61,723 nt of DNA from a virus. Its lineage: Duplodnaviria > Caudoviricetes. The position numbers and the translations under genes are program-made. The stretch spans positions 1-61,723 of the IMG/VR virus record IMGVR_UViG_3300030376_006080. One strand, given 5' to 3'. Under the pieces are notes generated by a model. It saw only the letters and a program-made list of their open reading frames with translations. It had not been told where the DNA came from and made no database searches. Shown here piece by piece: positions 48,801 through 57,807 of this stretch. Each line of letters opens with the position of its first letter. Position 1 is the stretch's first letter.

Positions 48801-51800
48801 TGGCAGGCTTAGGCAATGCTGCTATGATGGCTACATTTATGGCTCCTATGATGTTGGAATCTACTAATCTTTCAGAGTCAATGAAAAAAGCTGCGAGTAA
48901 TGCGCTTATGCTTGCAGGCATGTTTGGGATGATTCTCATTCCACTGGCTGCACAGCTAGATGCGAAAATAGCTGAAACAGCAGCATCCGCACTCGCAGCA
49001 ACCGCTGACACCGGTGAAGCTGTAGCATCAACTGCAGCAATGGGGCCATTTGCCCTTCTTGCGATAGCGATTACAATCGCAGTAACCGCATTGACCTTTT
49101 TCGCTTCGGCGGCGAAGGAAGCGGCAAAGGCTGCTGCCGAATCTGCCGCAGAAGAATCAAAGAGAGTAATAGAAGGCGGAGGCAAGTTTGATAGAGCTGG
49201 AGTTACAAAAGACCTTGGAACTTTTGTGGACGAAGCAGCCGCAGCAGAAATGTATAGCTTAGGTAATGCCGCCGGTATAGCCTTTGATACGCTTACAGGT
49301 TTTAGTAGTGCGGTAGACGCAGGAAAAGCTATCATGGCGGGAGACTGGAAAGGAGCGATGCTCAACACGATAGCTGTGTTTAGTCCTTTTGCAAGAGGTC
49401 TCAAAGTAGCGAACGAGCAGCAACAAAAATACAATAAGATGATTGCACAAAAGTCGGCTATTGAATCCTTTGTAAATGCATCAGCAGAAACTGCCGAAAC
49501 TTTGGGCAACTATAATGCAGCAATAAAAAAGAACGAGCAGATGCAGCTCACGGGTCTGAAGGCTGTTAATGCAAACATAAGAGCTACTAATGCTTTTGTC
49601 GCTGGTCAGGGTAGAGCTGATAAAGAGATGGCAAAATATGAAGAGAACCTTAAGAAGCTTGGTGAGGATAATATCTTCTCCGGCGAAGAGTTTGAAGCGG
49701 CTAAAGAGCAGCTTGCGAATTCTAGAGAAGAGTTAGCAAAAGCGAACTTTGAAGCAGCAGCGAGGGTCAGAGAAGGCATATCGACTATGGTCGATAGTAT
49801 GCGCGAGTCTGGTAAATCTTTTGATGAGATATTTGCAGACCCAAGGTACAAAGCGCAATTAACTCAGTTGACCCAAACATTATCAAAGGGCTTTGAAAAA
49901 GAAATTCTGGCTTCAGGCTCAGCTCGTGATGAAGCTATGGCTGGTGGCGGTTTTGGCACTAGGAGCTTTGAAGATCTTTCAGCTGCAGAAAAAGAACTGG
50001 TAAAAACTAGAGAGAAAGCAATCGCAAAAGCCAAAGGCCAAGAACAAGCAGTGGAAGCTGCCGAGAACTTGGATAAAGCAAACAAAGAGGCGGCGAAGGC
50101 AGAAGAAGAGCGTATCCGCGAACTAAAAGCACTGAAGGCTGCCGAGCTAGAATTAGTGAAGCTTGAGAGGGCAAGAACTCAGGCTATAAATAAAGCCAAT
50201 CGCGGATTTGAGATGGCAAGCGTGGCAATGGGTCAAATTGACAGTGCTGTTAAGGGCTTTTCTGGATCTATACAAGATGCTAAGGTAAATGTCGGAGGAC
50301 TTATAAAAACACTTAAGGATGGATTTAGTCCAGAAGCGTTTGCTGCAGCAAGAAGAATTAGTCCAGAAATAGCTGAGAGTATAAGATCAGGCTTAGCGAA
50401 GAACAAGAAATTAGAGGGCGCTTTGGATAGTTTGGTTGAGCAGTTCGCCGGAGAAAACCTAAGTAAACAACAGAGGGAAGACGCCCTCTCTGATGCAGGT
50501 ATAGATTTTGGAAGCCTTTCGGACGCTATGCAGGAAAAACTGCTGAAGCTCTTTGATGATGGGTTCGACTCTACTGACATTAAAGAAGCTCAAGAAATAC
50601 TAGGCGCTGAGGTGGGTCATCAGGTAGAGCTACTACAGAAATTAGCTAAAGCCCAAGGTGATTATGTCAATGTTCTTTCTGCTATTGGGGATGCCGTAAG
50701 GAAAAACAAGAAAGAGATAATTGATGCGTATAAATTCGAGGTTGATGTCAGACACAAAGGTATTGATAGAATACTAAAAGCTACTGGCCAAGAAATGACT
50801 GCACGTATGGCTAGAGCAAGAACCAATGAAAAGGCTGGCGCTGCAGCCGGAATAGGTGGTCCAGTAAATGTGGCTGGTCTTGGGGGCCGAGGTCAGGTAA
50901 TGAATAATCGGGTTAATCAAATACAGCAGGCCAGAAATAATGCGGGTCCAGTGGTAGGAACAGAGGCTGTAAAACGCGATCAAAACATGGCCAATGCCCA
51001 AAAACTATTACAGGACGAGATAGGCAGAACTAAAGATGCGCTTAAGATTTTGGCTGATAGGTCTGATGAAGCCGCAGCTGTTATGGGCGAGATAGAAAAA
51101 GAAAAGAGCTCCCGCGAAGCAATGCAGGGAGCGGTAAAGGACTTCACCTTTGCCACTAATGAACAGCGACAAGGAATGAATCAAGAGTTTGCAGCCCTGC
51201 AAAGAGTGCTGCAGACAGGAAACATAAATGCAATACCCGATAAGTTTAGATCTGCCGTAGGTAAGCTTTTAGATCAATTTAAAGATGTTCCAATATTTGG
51301 AAAAATGACTGGTGGTGACGTTTCTAAAAACCTTCAAATCAGACAGATGGAGCAACAGTTCCGAATGATGTCGGGCGGAAAACAGGGCGTACCTCCTCAG
51401 TTAGTAAAAGCTATATTTGAAGCTACTACAAAAGAAGAACAACTTATTGCCGACCTTCGTCAATTAAATAAAGAAGAGCAGGATGCTGCTGCCGCACTTA
51501 GAAAGCTTGAGGAACAAGAAGCCAACCAGCAATTGCAAGGTCTTGTGGCAATGAAGAAGGCTGCGGAGGATTTGTTGCAATGGCTAAAAACCAATACCAA
51601 TACAGCAGTTGACGAGGCTGACAACGCGGGCGGTGCCGCTAGAGGAGGTTTTGTCCCCGTTAGAGGTTTTGCTAAAGGGGGTAGTGTATTTCAGCCAAGA
51701 GGCACAGATACTGTTCCAGCAATGTTAACGCCCGGCGAATTTGTTATTAGGAAAAGCGCGGTAGACAAGATTGGTACAGGCGCTTTATCGGCTTTAAATA

Positions 51801-53122
51801 ATGGAAACGCCTCTACTGTTTATAGGGCTAATGGAGGTGTTGTCAATCCACTAGAGCAGGGCTTCAATGATATTATAAAAGCCACTTTTGCAGCACAGGG
51901 AGCGATGCCTAACGGCAAAGAGTTGCCAGCAGCGGTAAAGGCTAAAATTAACAAGCACCCAAATAATCAAAGGGCTTTTGAAGATCTGGCAAATAATGGT
52001 GCAGCTGCTGATGATGCCTCTGTCGGTCAATTATTCGGTAATACCATTAGGATGATGCAAGGCTTAAACGAGATGTTTAATGATTATCGTATCGGTAACG
52101 CCCACTGGTATAGGAACATCTGGACAGGTAAAAAAGACGAAGCAGGCAACAGAGTAAAAGAAAGTGCGCCGGGGCTTATCACTGACAAAACCGGGGGCCG
52201 GCTATTTGCGATGGACAGGCTCGAAACGGGTTTCATAGTAAATGATGATTTTTCAAAGAATCACAAGTTAGTATACCCTAAAGATGCTGCGGATAACCTC
52301 TATAACGACGTAAATTTATACAAACAGCCACATATAGCATGGGAAACGACTCAGGATGGTAAAATAGCCCGAGATAGGGGTTGGGGGAATGAGTTCCAAG
52401 CAGGGTTCGGCAGAATGGCAAGGGCAGCGAGTCAGGCAGCGAGGGGCGCGCCATTTGATAGGCTCAAAGATAGTGTAAACGACAATATGGACGATGCCAT
52501 AGCGGGCGGCGAGCTAGAGGGCTTGATGAATGCATATTACAATCCTCAAATATTTAGGGACATCAACACCTTCAAATCTGCGAGTTTGAATCCGGGAAAA
52601 TGGAGAGCACGTGCCCAAGGAACCACAAATTTCGCACTCCAGCAATTGGCTAGCGGCGGTAGCGTAGATTCTGTGCCAGCGATGTTGACTCCGGGTGAGT
52701 TTGTTATGAGTACCGCTGCCGTCAAGAAGCACGGTACTGGATTCATGAAACAGGTCAACAAGGGCAACATTCCCGGATTTGCCAAAGGCGGCTCTGTTAA
52801 CGGAGTTCAGTATAGACAAAATGGCGGAGGCATTCTCGGTGGAAGAGTTGCGCTGATGGAGGCTTTAGATAATGTCTCTCAAGCTATGTCAGCGTTTAAC
52901 ACTGTGGCTAATGCTCTACAGGATATAGCAACACAGTTTGGAAATATGCAAATAACACACAATGTGAATGTTAGTGGAAGTTTGGCAATACCCGGATTTA
53001 CCCAACAGGCGATTAATAAATTGGTTGATATTATCGGAAGTTCAGTCGCTGAAAGCACAGCAACTAAGATAGATAACGCAATTACAATGTGGCAGCGAGA
53101 ACAGGATGGCAGAGTAGCATAA
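45803..53122 (+). CDS. tail tape measure protein (2439 aa)
   Basis: N-terminal TP901-type TMP core (FEKEL..I..VTG...LSQAGF...FAVES.DL), Ala/Gly-rich helices, hydrophobic segments, four DxVPAMLxPGE repeats. Confidence 0.9.
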   Translation: MAGKFVLTAQMQLQAPTNTRQVITQVRRQLSQANITINPTISTKALANANKQVQNVANSAKAASANLKTASRSASSLGSALGAAARRFASITIATGAFLALARGITEAFGRAVDFEKELLKISQVTGKTMAGMKGLTGEVSRLSTSLGVSSSELLNVARTLSQAGFSASKTQKALSILAKTDLGATFDNLTDTTEGAIAILRQFRSEARATGGDLAFLEKSLDAINTVSKNFAVESADLISAVRRTGGVFESAGGKINELIALFTSVRSTTRETAETIATGFRTIFTRIQRTETVEQLRELGIELRNAKGEFVGPLEAIKRLQIGLSGLSATDFRFQEVVEQLGGFRQVGKVIPLLKQFGTTQEALALANLSSGSTARDAAIAQQGLGNAFAKLKEEFDKTVRSIADSDTFQTLARGAIRFAEAILNVVDALEPLLPLMTALAAFQLGKIAVPAIGRFSGLTGKNDGGKIYGFNRGGLVPGSGNRDTVPAMLSPGEFVIKKSSVQSIGAENLARANGYSNGGIMAAGTSQKKGAAAAKNVNIPPLTVTPKAGAIGGAVMHPIGTSTTYSHGGGFAGKGGNQIIPGNQLPANVQNALAQKYFGGDRKMLAGRQIPFNVGAGQYPIAAPQPAKLKGGQFASVIQGASMDAIGSGVAKASRSIAATGLLDLLPALQVDENKIAAARTSSALDDTAVTSMEGFIQEGVISAMTGAIPSRGKASFDLGFGEVMRNKKSLTSLYGANLATAKVMEVKRDKGEAARPTGIPRKLGNYIAQSPAIAFSQGLFNVTGFNKGGQVDTVPAMLTPGEYVINKSSAQSIGYGNLNRMNKTGVQHFAGGGGVLNPHSQYVAPAARGPQAGMGGMGGNIGNMGSATAAASQAAQKFAAQLNTTIPMLTQIKSGASMLGSATKKVGGAALRTMGPLGILDGAFNLSGKAFQKLAGKAQVAGQQTQAAGAQIQQGAAKFAQGASTPIGFSGGKAHATGPVQNAQTQKAVGGGGGGMAGLGNAAMMATFMAPMMLESTNLSESMKKAASNALMLAGMFGMILIPLAAQLDAKIAETAASALAATADTGEAVASTAAMGPFALLAIAITIAVTALTFFASAAKEAAKAAAESAAEESKRVIEGGGKFDRAGVTKDLGTFVDEAAAAEMYSLGNAAGIAFDTLTGFSSAVDAGKAIMAGDWKGAMLNTIAVFSPFARGLKVANEQQQKYNKMIAQKSAIESFVNASAETAETLGNYNAAIKKNEQMQLTGLKAVNANIRATNAFVAGQGRADKEMAKYEENLKKLGEDNIFSGEEFEAAKEQLANSREELAKANFEAAARVREGISTMVDSMRESGKSFDEIFADPRYKAQLTQLTQTLSKGFEKEILASGSARDEAMAGGGFGTRSFEDLSAAEKELVKTREKAIAKAKGQEQAVEAAENLDKANKEAAKAEEERIRELKALKAAELELVKLERARTQAINKANRGFEMASVAMGQIDSAVKGFSGSIQDAKVNVGGLIKTLKDGFSPEAFAAARRISPEIAESIRSGLAKNKKLEGALDSLVEQFAGENLSKQQREDALSDAGIDFGSLSDAMQEKLLKLFDDGFDSTDIKEAQEILGAEVGHQVELLQKLAKAQGDYVNVLSAIGDAVRKNKKEIIDAYKFEVDVRHKGIDRILKATGQEMTARMARARTNEKAGAAAGIGGPVNVAGLGGRGQVMNNRVNQIQQARNNAGPVVGTEAVKRDQNMANAQKLLQDEIGRTKDALKILADRSDEAAAVMGEIEKEKSSREAMQGAVKDFTFATNEQRQGMNQEFAALQRVLQTGNINAIPDKFRSAVGKLLDQFKDVPIFGKMTGGDVSKNLQIRQMEQQFRMMSGGKQGVPPQLVKAIFEATTKEEQLIADLRQLNKEEQDAAAALRKLEEQEANQQLQGLVAMKKAAEDLLQWLKTNTNTAVDEADNAGGAARGGFVPVRGFAKGGSVFQPRGTDTVPAMLTPGEFVIRKSAVDKIGTGALSALNNGNASTVYRANGGVVNPLEQGFNDIIKATFAAQGAMPNGKELPAAVKAKINKHPNNQRAFEDLANNGAAADDASVGQLFGNTIRMMQGLNEMFNDYRIGNAHWYRNIWTGKKDEAGNRVKESAPGLITDKTGGRLFAMDRLETGFIVNDDFSKNHKLVYPKDAADNLYNDVNLYKQPHIAWETTQDGKIARDRGWGNEFQAGFGRMARAASQAARGAPFDRLKDSVNDNMDDAIAGGELEGLMNAYYNPQIFRDINTFKSASLNPGKWRARAQGTTNFALQQLASGGSVDSVPAMLTPGEFVMSTAAVKKHGTGFMKQVNKGNIPGFAKGGSVNGVQYRQNGGGILGGRVALMEALDNVSQAMSAFNTVANALQDIATQFGNMQITHNVNVSGSLAIPGFTQQAINKLVDIIGSSVAESTATKIDNAITMWQREQDGRVA

Positions 53123-56100
53123 TGAGTTGTAAACCAAATCAAAACACATCCCTATTCATACAAAATGATGAGACAGGGACTAATGGTGTTTCGCAGAGAA
53201 ATTCTGAAATGGACTTGTTTCTACAGGCTCCCGGCGGAATAGAATGTTTTACTAACTTCAACGACAGAATAACCTCTATAAACAGAGGAAGAACACCCCT
53301 TTCTGCTTTTACTAGCAGTCCCTACCGTGATAACGCCTCTTCTATATTTGGAGATTTTTCTGACGACACATGCAGCAAGTTCCCTAGCGACATAAAGATA
53401 CTCGATGACATCGCTATAGTTTCCTATAAAGATCATAGCCAAAAAGTTTTTCTGGCGAACAGGCCTCTCGACAATACGGAAAAGTTTTTCATAATCAAGA
53501 AAACATACACTGTTGGATATGAGTCTACCACAACCGAATACGAACTCCAAACAGGGCTAGTATTTATGAACGTTGGGGCTTCTAATGATAACATTTCTGA
53601 TTTTGTAGACTCTAATGCGGGCAAAGATTCTCGTGTAGATTTTACTCTAGTAGATGGCGATTCCTCCACAACTTCAGTTTTATCCAAAACAGCTTATTCA
53701 GTTGACGCTGATGTCAGTAAAGTAGCAGCCAAAAAAGATAGTTATATTACAGATTCATTAGGATATAATCCTAGTATGGACATTATATTCTTTCCTACGA
53801 CGACAGCTATAGCAAAAATTGAAGGTAGTGATTACAAAGGTCTGGCCGTTAACTTCTCGCCCACTTCCGCCAACCTCACTTCTTTTGCTAGTCAGGGAGA
53901 GACTATATTTTCTTTTGTAAATCCTAGCAATTCTTCACAAAACATTAGTTTTATTAAAGTGCTGTTCGACGTATCTAGTAGTTCCTTTTTCAGTAAAACA
54001 GGAGTACATAATAGATGTGGCAGAGTAGATATATATGAAAGACGTAAGGGATCTGTTACTGCAGTCGATGGAAATAAGATAACTCTGTCCGGGCCAAGCG
54101 GCGATGGTACATATGATACAAAGTTACTTCAAGATGGAGATATAATTAAAATATCTGGCGCAGTAAACACTAACAACACTGTCGCTACCAACCATCCAAT
54201 CAACGGCATTAAGTATGTAAAAAGAATTAGCGACACTCAATACTTTGTGTTTGATGACGAAAGAATGTATGAGCCTACAGACACGTCTTCTCTTAGAAGT
54301 GTGTCCGGCGTGACATGGACTCATTATGGCTCAACCCAAGACCTTACTGGTTCTTGGCGTTACTACACGACTCTCTTTTCTCCAAATGGATTGAACGGCC
54401 AGTCGGTTTTTAAAGATGATATGCTTATTCCAACCGATCACACCTTTTCTGCTCCTACATCTGAAACCGTAGTAGATTATGACGGCACTTCTGTTGTTGC
54501 TGACAAATATAGATTTGGACAGTCTGTAGATATAGTTAGGCAGTCCGGTCAAGATTTTTACTGGCTAGCTATCAGCGAAGTTGGTGCCCCTTATTCCTGT
54601 CTAGAGGGTATTGATTACTATGGCAATAAAAGAAAGGCTAATCCTGTCATAGTGGATGAGAGGGCTGATGTGGGCGATTCAAGTACTTTGTTTAGATCTT
54701 ATGAAAACGAAGGCGGATTCAAATTTGTAGAGCCTGACAGTAAGCCCTTTGGTAAAGTGTTTTTATACAAGCTTAGTACAACAAATGATTTCTTGAGCGG
54801 TATATCAACCCCAGATCAAATAGATGCGTCAACCACTAATCCTTACGTTAATGCTGCACCCTTTCAAAATTCTGGTGTCACAATGGATGCGTTTACAGAT
54901 TATAGAAATCTGTATTGGTATAGGGCAGCTGTGGCAAATGCTATTGCCGATAATACATCTGGAGTTTTTTCTACAGTTGAAAACTCAAACAAAAACCTTG
55001 AGCAGGCTTTTGAAAATGATGAGTTTTTCTTAAAGACCGATGGCAGCAAAAGAGCTTCCTTCAAGAGGAGATGGGATTCTGAATTCTATAGAGAGAACAT
55101 AGTCAAATATGTAAAAGACAATACATTACCCTATTTTCAAAAAAGAGATGCTATTTCATTCAGGTGGCTTACAGATGGTTATAAATTTGCTGATGGCTTT
55201 GGTTATAGCATAGCACTTAAAGAAAACCATTTACCAAATCTTACTGGCTCAGAATTAAAGCCTATAGTCGCAATTGCCAATAGAGCATTTCCTCACATAA
55301 CATCAGTCAGTCAATCTGCAGACAGTCAGCTAGAAGAGTTAAAAAAGAAGATAGATTCAGCGATAGATGCCGGCTATAATGACAGAGATGCGCTAGACTT
55401 CTATGAAAGAAATACTAAAACAAATCAGTTTATAATAGATTTTTGCACGGACGGCACTAACTCAGATAACCTTGGGAATAAATTCAGATGCGGATCTATA
55501 TATGTGTATAACCCAAATCAAGAATACAACTCGAAATTTTTAGATCACACAACTAGATTGCGAGAAAAGGTTGTCGAGCAAAACTACTTCAATGCCTCTA
55601 ATGATCTTTCCACAAAATACAGAAACATGGTAGGATGGTATGGTAAGCCTTTCTCTATGCAGTATGTAAACGGTAAAATTATAGCTGGAACAGATGGCAA
55701 TGGAGTCAAAGTGTTTTTCGAGGGCGATAACACAACCCTATACAAGGGCTCGTCTACTTTGAGTGGAAGCGAGTTCAATACATTTAACTTAGATATCCAA
55801 ATAGAATCTGGCTCAGAAGAATATCAAAATTTTACAGCGGCACAAAAGCTAGAGAATGATGACTACAACATATACAGTGTGAATAGCAATCTTTACTCTG
55901 ACCCTATGCAGTTCTGGGAATTTTCAAAAATACACGATGGCAATTCTGAAAGTGTTCACTATCCGTCATCTTCGGGCACCTCTTACAACTCTCCATCGTT
56001 TCAAGAAGCTCAGGGGTTTGCCGACACGTCTGCAACTTCCTTCAGACTTTATCCCGGTCTAGGTAGCATGTATAGTGTTAACGCTGTAGGCAGCTTTGCA

Positions 56101-57807
56101 ACTGTCAATAGCTCAGACATTGAAGATGATAACATATTATTAAGAACTCCTTTTGGTCATAACTTCAGATCAGACGGACATATTTTAGCAACAAATGGAA
56201 CATCCTACAATAGTGAGTTTGATGTGTCTGTAGATGTTTTGGCGCAGAGGCTATATCTTTATGAGATTAGCGACTCGTTAAAAAGTGTTAATCTATTTCA
56301 GAAGATTACGCCCGCTGTCAATAGCCCAGACATTCGTTCGGATCGAGGTATTGCCTCAGACTTAAGTTATACAAAGTATTTTAGAGAAGGAACATTAACC
56401 TTTTCTGAAAATTGCGACCATAGCCTTTCTATTGCATATCTCATGGACGATATGTTTGATGTTCTAGACGGAAAAATAGTTTTGAAGACACCTATTGGAC
56501 ATGCTGTGTTTTCTGACTCAGGAAGGACCAAAAGAATAGACTTCCAGAATGTAGGCAAAACTTACTTTTCATCACCGTATTTTAGCTTCACAGAAAAGTT
56601 CGATTCAAAAAAACCTTACAATTTAAACAATATGTTTTCCTATAGGGATGGCGCAGGAGTCTCATCTGCTGATAATATATTTGATGTTTGTGAAGATCAC
56701 AAAGGTCTATGTTTAGTATATAATATTGATAATGTCTCAGATGAAGATCAGATAATAAGAAAGTTAGTTAGCGCTGAATTCACTGTCGATATAGGTAATA
56801 ATATTTGCTTGCAGGCTGGTGTTGATATAGGCGCAGATGCAGTATTGCCTGTGATGACACTTTACAATGAAGACCCAAGAAAAACCATAACACAGAAGGG
56901 CCATCTGTCCGGAATAAATTTGAAGTACGGAGCAAAAACTGCGACAAGAGCTCCTCTTTATACTGACGGCATGCAGGATAGTTATGACGTAGCAAGAGAG
57001 GGTACATTCCAGCAAAAGTCTCTTGCTTTAGGCGAAGCTATACTTGAATGGAGAGGCGTGTACTCCTTCACGACAGCGGAACTATTTAGATTTATAAGAT
57101 CGGGAAGTGTATTAAAAAACAGTTCTGACGACAGAACATTTAGATATAATGATGGAAACGGTAGGGCTACTCTAGCAGGAGAGATAAACACTTACACGTT
57201 GAACTTTGATGATGAGAACAAACCTAGCTTTAATTCGGAAGCATCAATAGAAGACAGCCTTATCGTTGGTTTTGTCAATCAAAATATTTCCATAGATCCA
57301 GACCAATACCGACAAAAATGGACATCCGAAATGAGACAGCAAGAGTTAGATTTTGTTCCCTACAGCAAGCCTTATGATGCAGTTGCAAACCAGCATTCAT
57401 TTGTAAGTGATGTTAGGGTTATTTCTGCTCAGCTATCTTATCGTGATTATGATCTTGGAGATATAAGAAGATTTCATTGCTCAGCCTATGAGGATACTTT
57501 GAATAGAAGACTTGACTGCAGCAGCTCTGAAGATACGCCGTCAGGAGAAAACCCCGGAATTATAAGGATTGGTTCTTCAAAATCTGCTGCATATTTTGAT
57601 AAAGAAAACACTATTAGTCGTGGAACTAGCAGTGAATCTATTCAGGTTTTGTATTATAACTCAGATGGTGATTACAATGGCCTTGTAAATCATGGACTTA
57701 CAGGTAGTGGTGGTCTAGATAGATACGGTAATTTTGATATACAGAAGCCAGAGATATTACCCTTGTTTATACGTTCTTACCCAACAGTTAGCTCGGAGGA
57801 TGAATAA
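53122..57807 (+). CDS. large tail-tip/adhesin-like protein with FG-GAP-like motifs
   Basis: RFGQSVDI, GFGYSIAL, GKVFLY, GSIYVY, GRVDIY; ATG at 53122 overlaps the TMP stop. Confidence 0.55.
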   Translation: MSCKPNQNTSLFIQNDETGTNGVSQRNSEMDLFLQAPGGIECFTNFNDRITSINRGRTPLSAFTSSPYRDNASSIFGDFSDDTCSKFPSDIKILDDIAIVSYKDHSQKVFLANRPLDNTEKFFIIKKTYTVGYESTTTEYELQTGLVFMNVGASNDNISDFVDSNAGKDSRVDFTLVDGDSSTTSVLSKTAYSVDADVSKVAAKKDSYITDSLGYNPSMDIIFFPTTTAIAKIEGSDYKGLAVNFSPTSANLTSFASQGETIFSFVNPSNSSQNISFIKVLFDVSSSSFFSKTGVHNRCGRVDIYERRKGSVTAVDGNKITLSGPSGDGTYDTKLLQDGDIIKISGAVNTNNTVATNHPINGIKYVKRISDTQYFVFDDERMYEPTDTSSLRSVSGVTWTHYGSTQDLTGSWRYYTTLFSPNGLNGQSVFKDDMLIPTDHTFSAPTSETVVDYDGTSVVADKYRFGQSVDIVRQSGQDFYWLAISEVGAPYSCLEGIDYYGNKRKANPVIVDERADVGDSSTLFRSYENEGGFKFVEPDSKPFGKVFLYKLSTTNDFLSGISTPDQIDASTTNPYVNAAPFQNSGVTMDAFTDYRNLYWYRAAVANAIADNTSGVFSTVENSNKNLEQAFENDEFFLKTDGSKRASFKRRWDSEFYRENIVKYVKDNTLPYFQKRDAISFRWLTDGYKFADGFGYSIALKENHLPNLTGSELKPIVAIANRAFPHITSVSQSADSQLEELKKKIDSAIDAGYNDRDALDFYERNTKTNQFIIDFCTDGTNSDNLGNKFRCGSIYVYNPNQEYNSKFLDHTTRLREKVVEQNYFNASNDLSTKYRNMVGWYGKPFSMQYVNGKIIAGTDGNGVKVFFEGDNTTLYKGSSTLSGSEFNTFNLDIQIESGSEEYQNFTAAQKLENDDYNIYSVNSNLYSDPMQFWEFSKIHDGNSESVHYPSSSGTSYNSPSFQEAQGFADTSATSFRLYPGLGSMYSVNAVGSFATVNSSDIEDDNILLRTPFGHNFRSDGHILATNGTSYNSEFDVSVDVLAQRLYLYEISDSLKSVNLFQKITPAVNSPDIRSDRGIASDLSYTKYFREGTLTFSENCDHSLSIAYLMDDMFDVLDGKIVLKTPIGHAVFSDSGRTKRIDFQNVGKTYFSSPYFSFTEKFDSKKPYNLNNMFSYRDGAGVSSADNIFDVCEDHKGLCLVYNIDNVSDEDQIIRKLVSAEFTVDIGNNICLQAGVDIGADAVLPVMTLYNEDPRKTITQKGHLSGINLKYGAKTATRAPLYTDGMQDSYDVAREGTFQQKSLALGEAILEWRGVYSFTTAELFRFIRSGSVLKNSSDDRTFRYNDGNGRATLAGEINTYTLNFDDENKPSFNSEASIEDSLIVGFVNQNISIDPDQYRQKWTSEMRQQELDFVPYSKPYDAVANQHSFVSDVRVISAQLSYRDYDLGDIRRFHCSAYEDTLNRRLDCSSSEDTPSGENPGIIRIGSSKSAAYFDKENTISRGTSSESIQVLYYNSDGDYNGLVNHGLTGSGGLDRYGNFDIQKPEILPLFIRSYPTVSSEDE

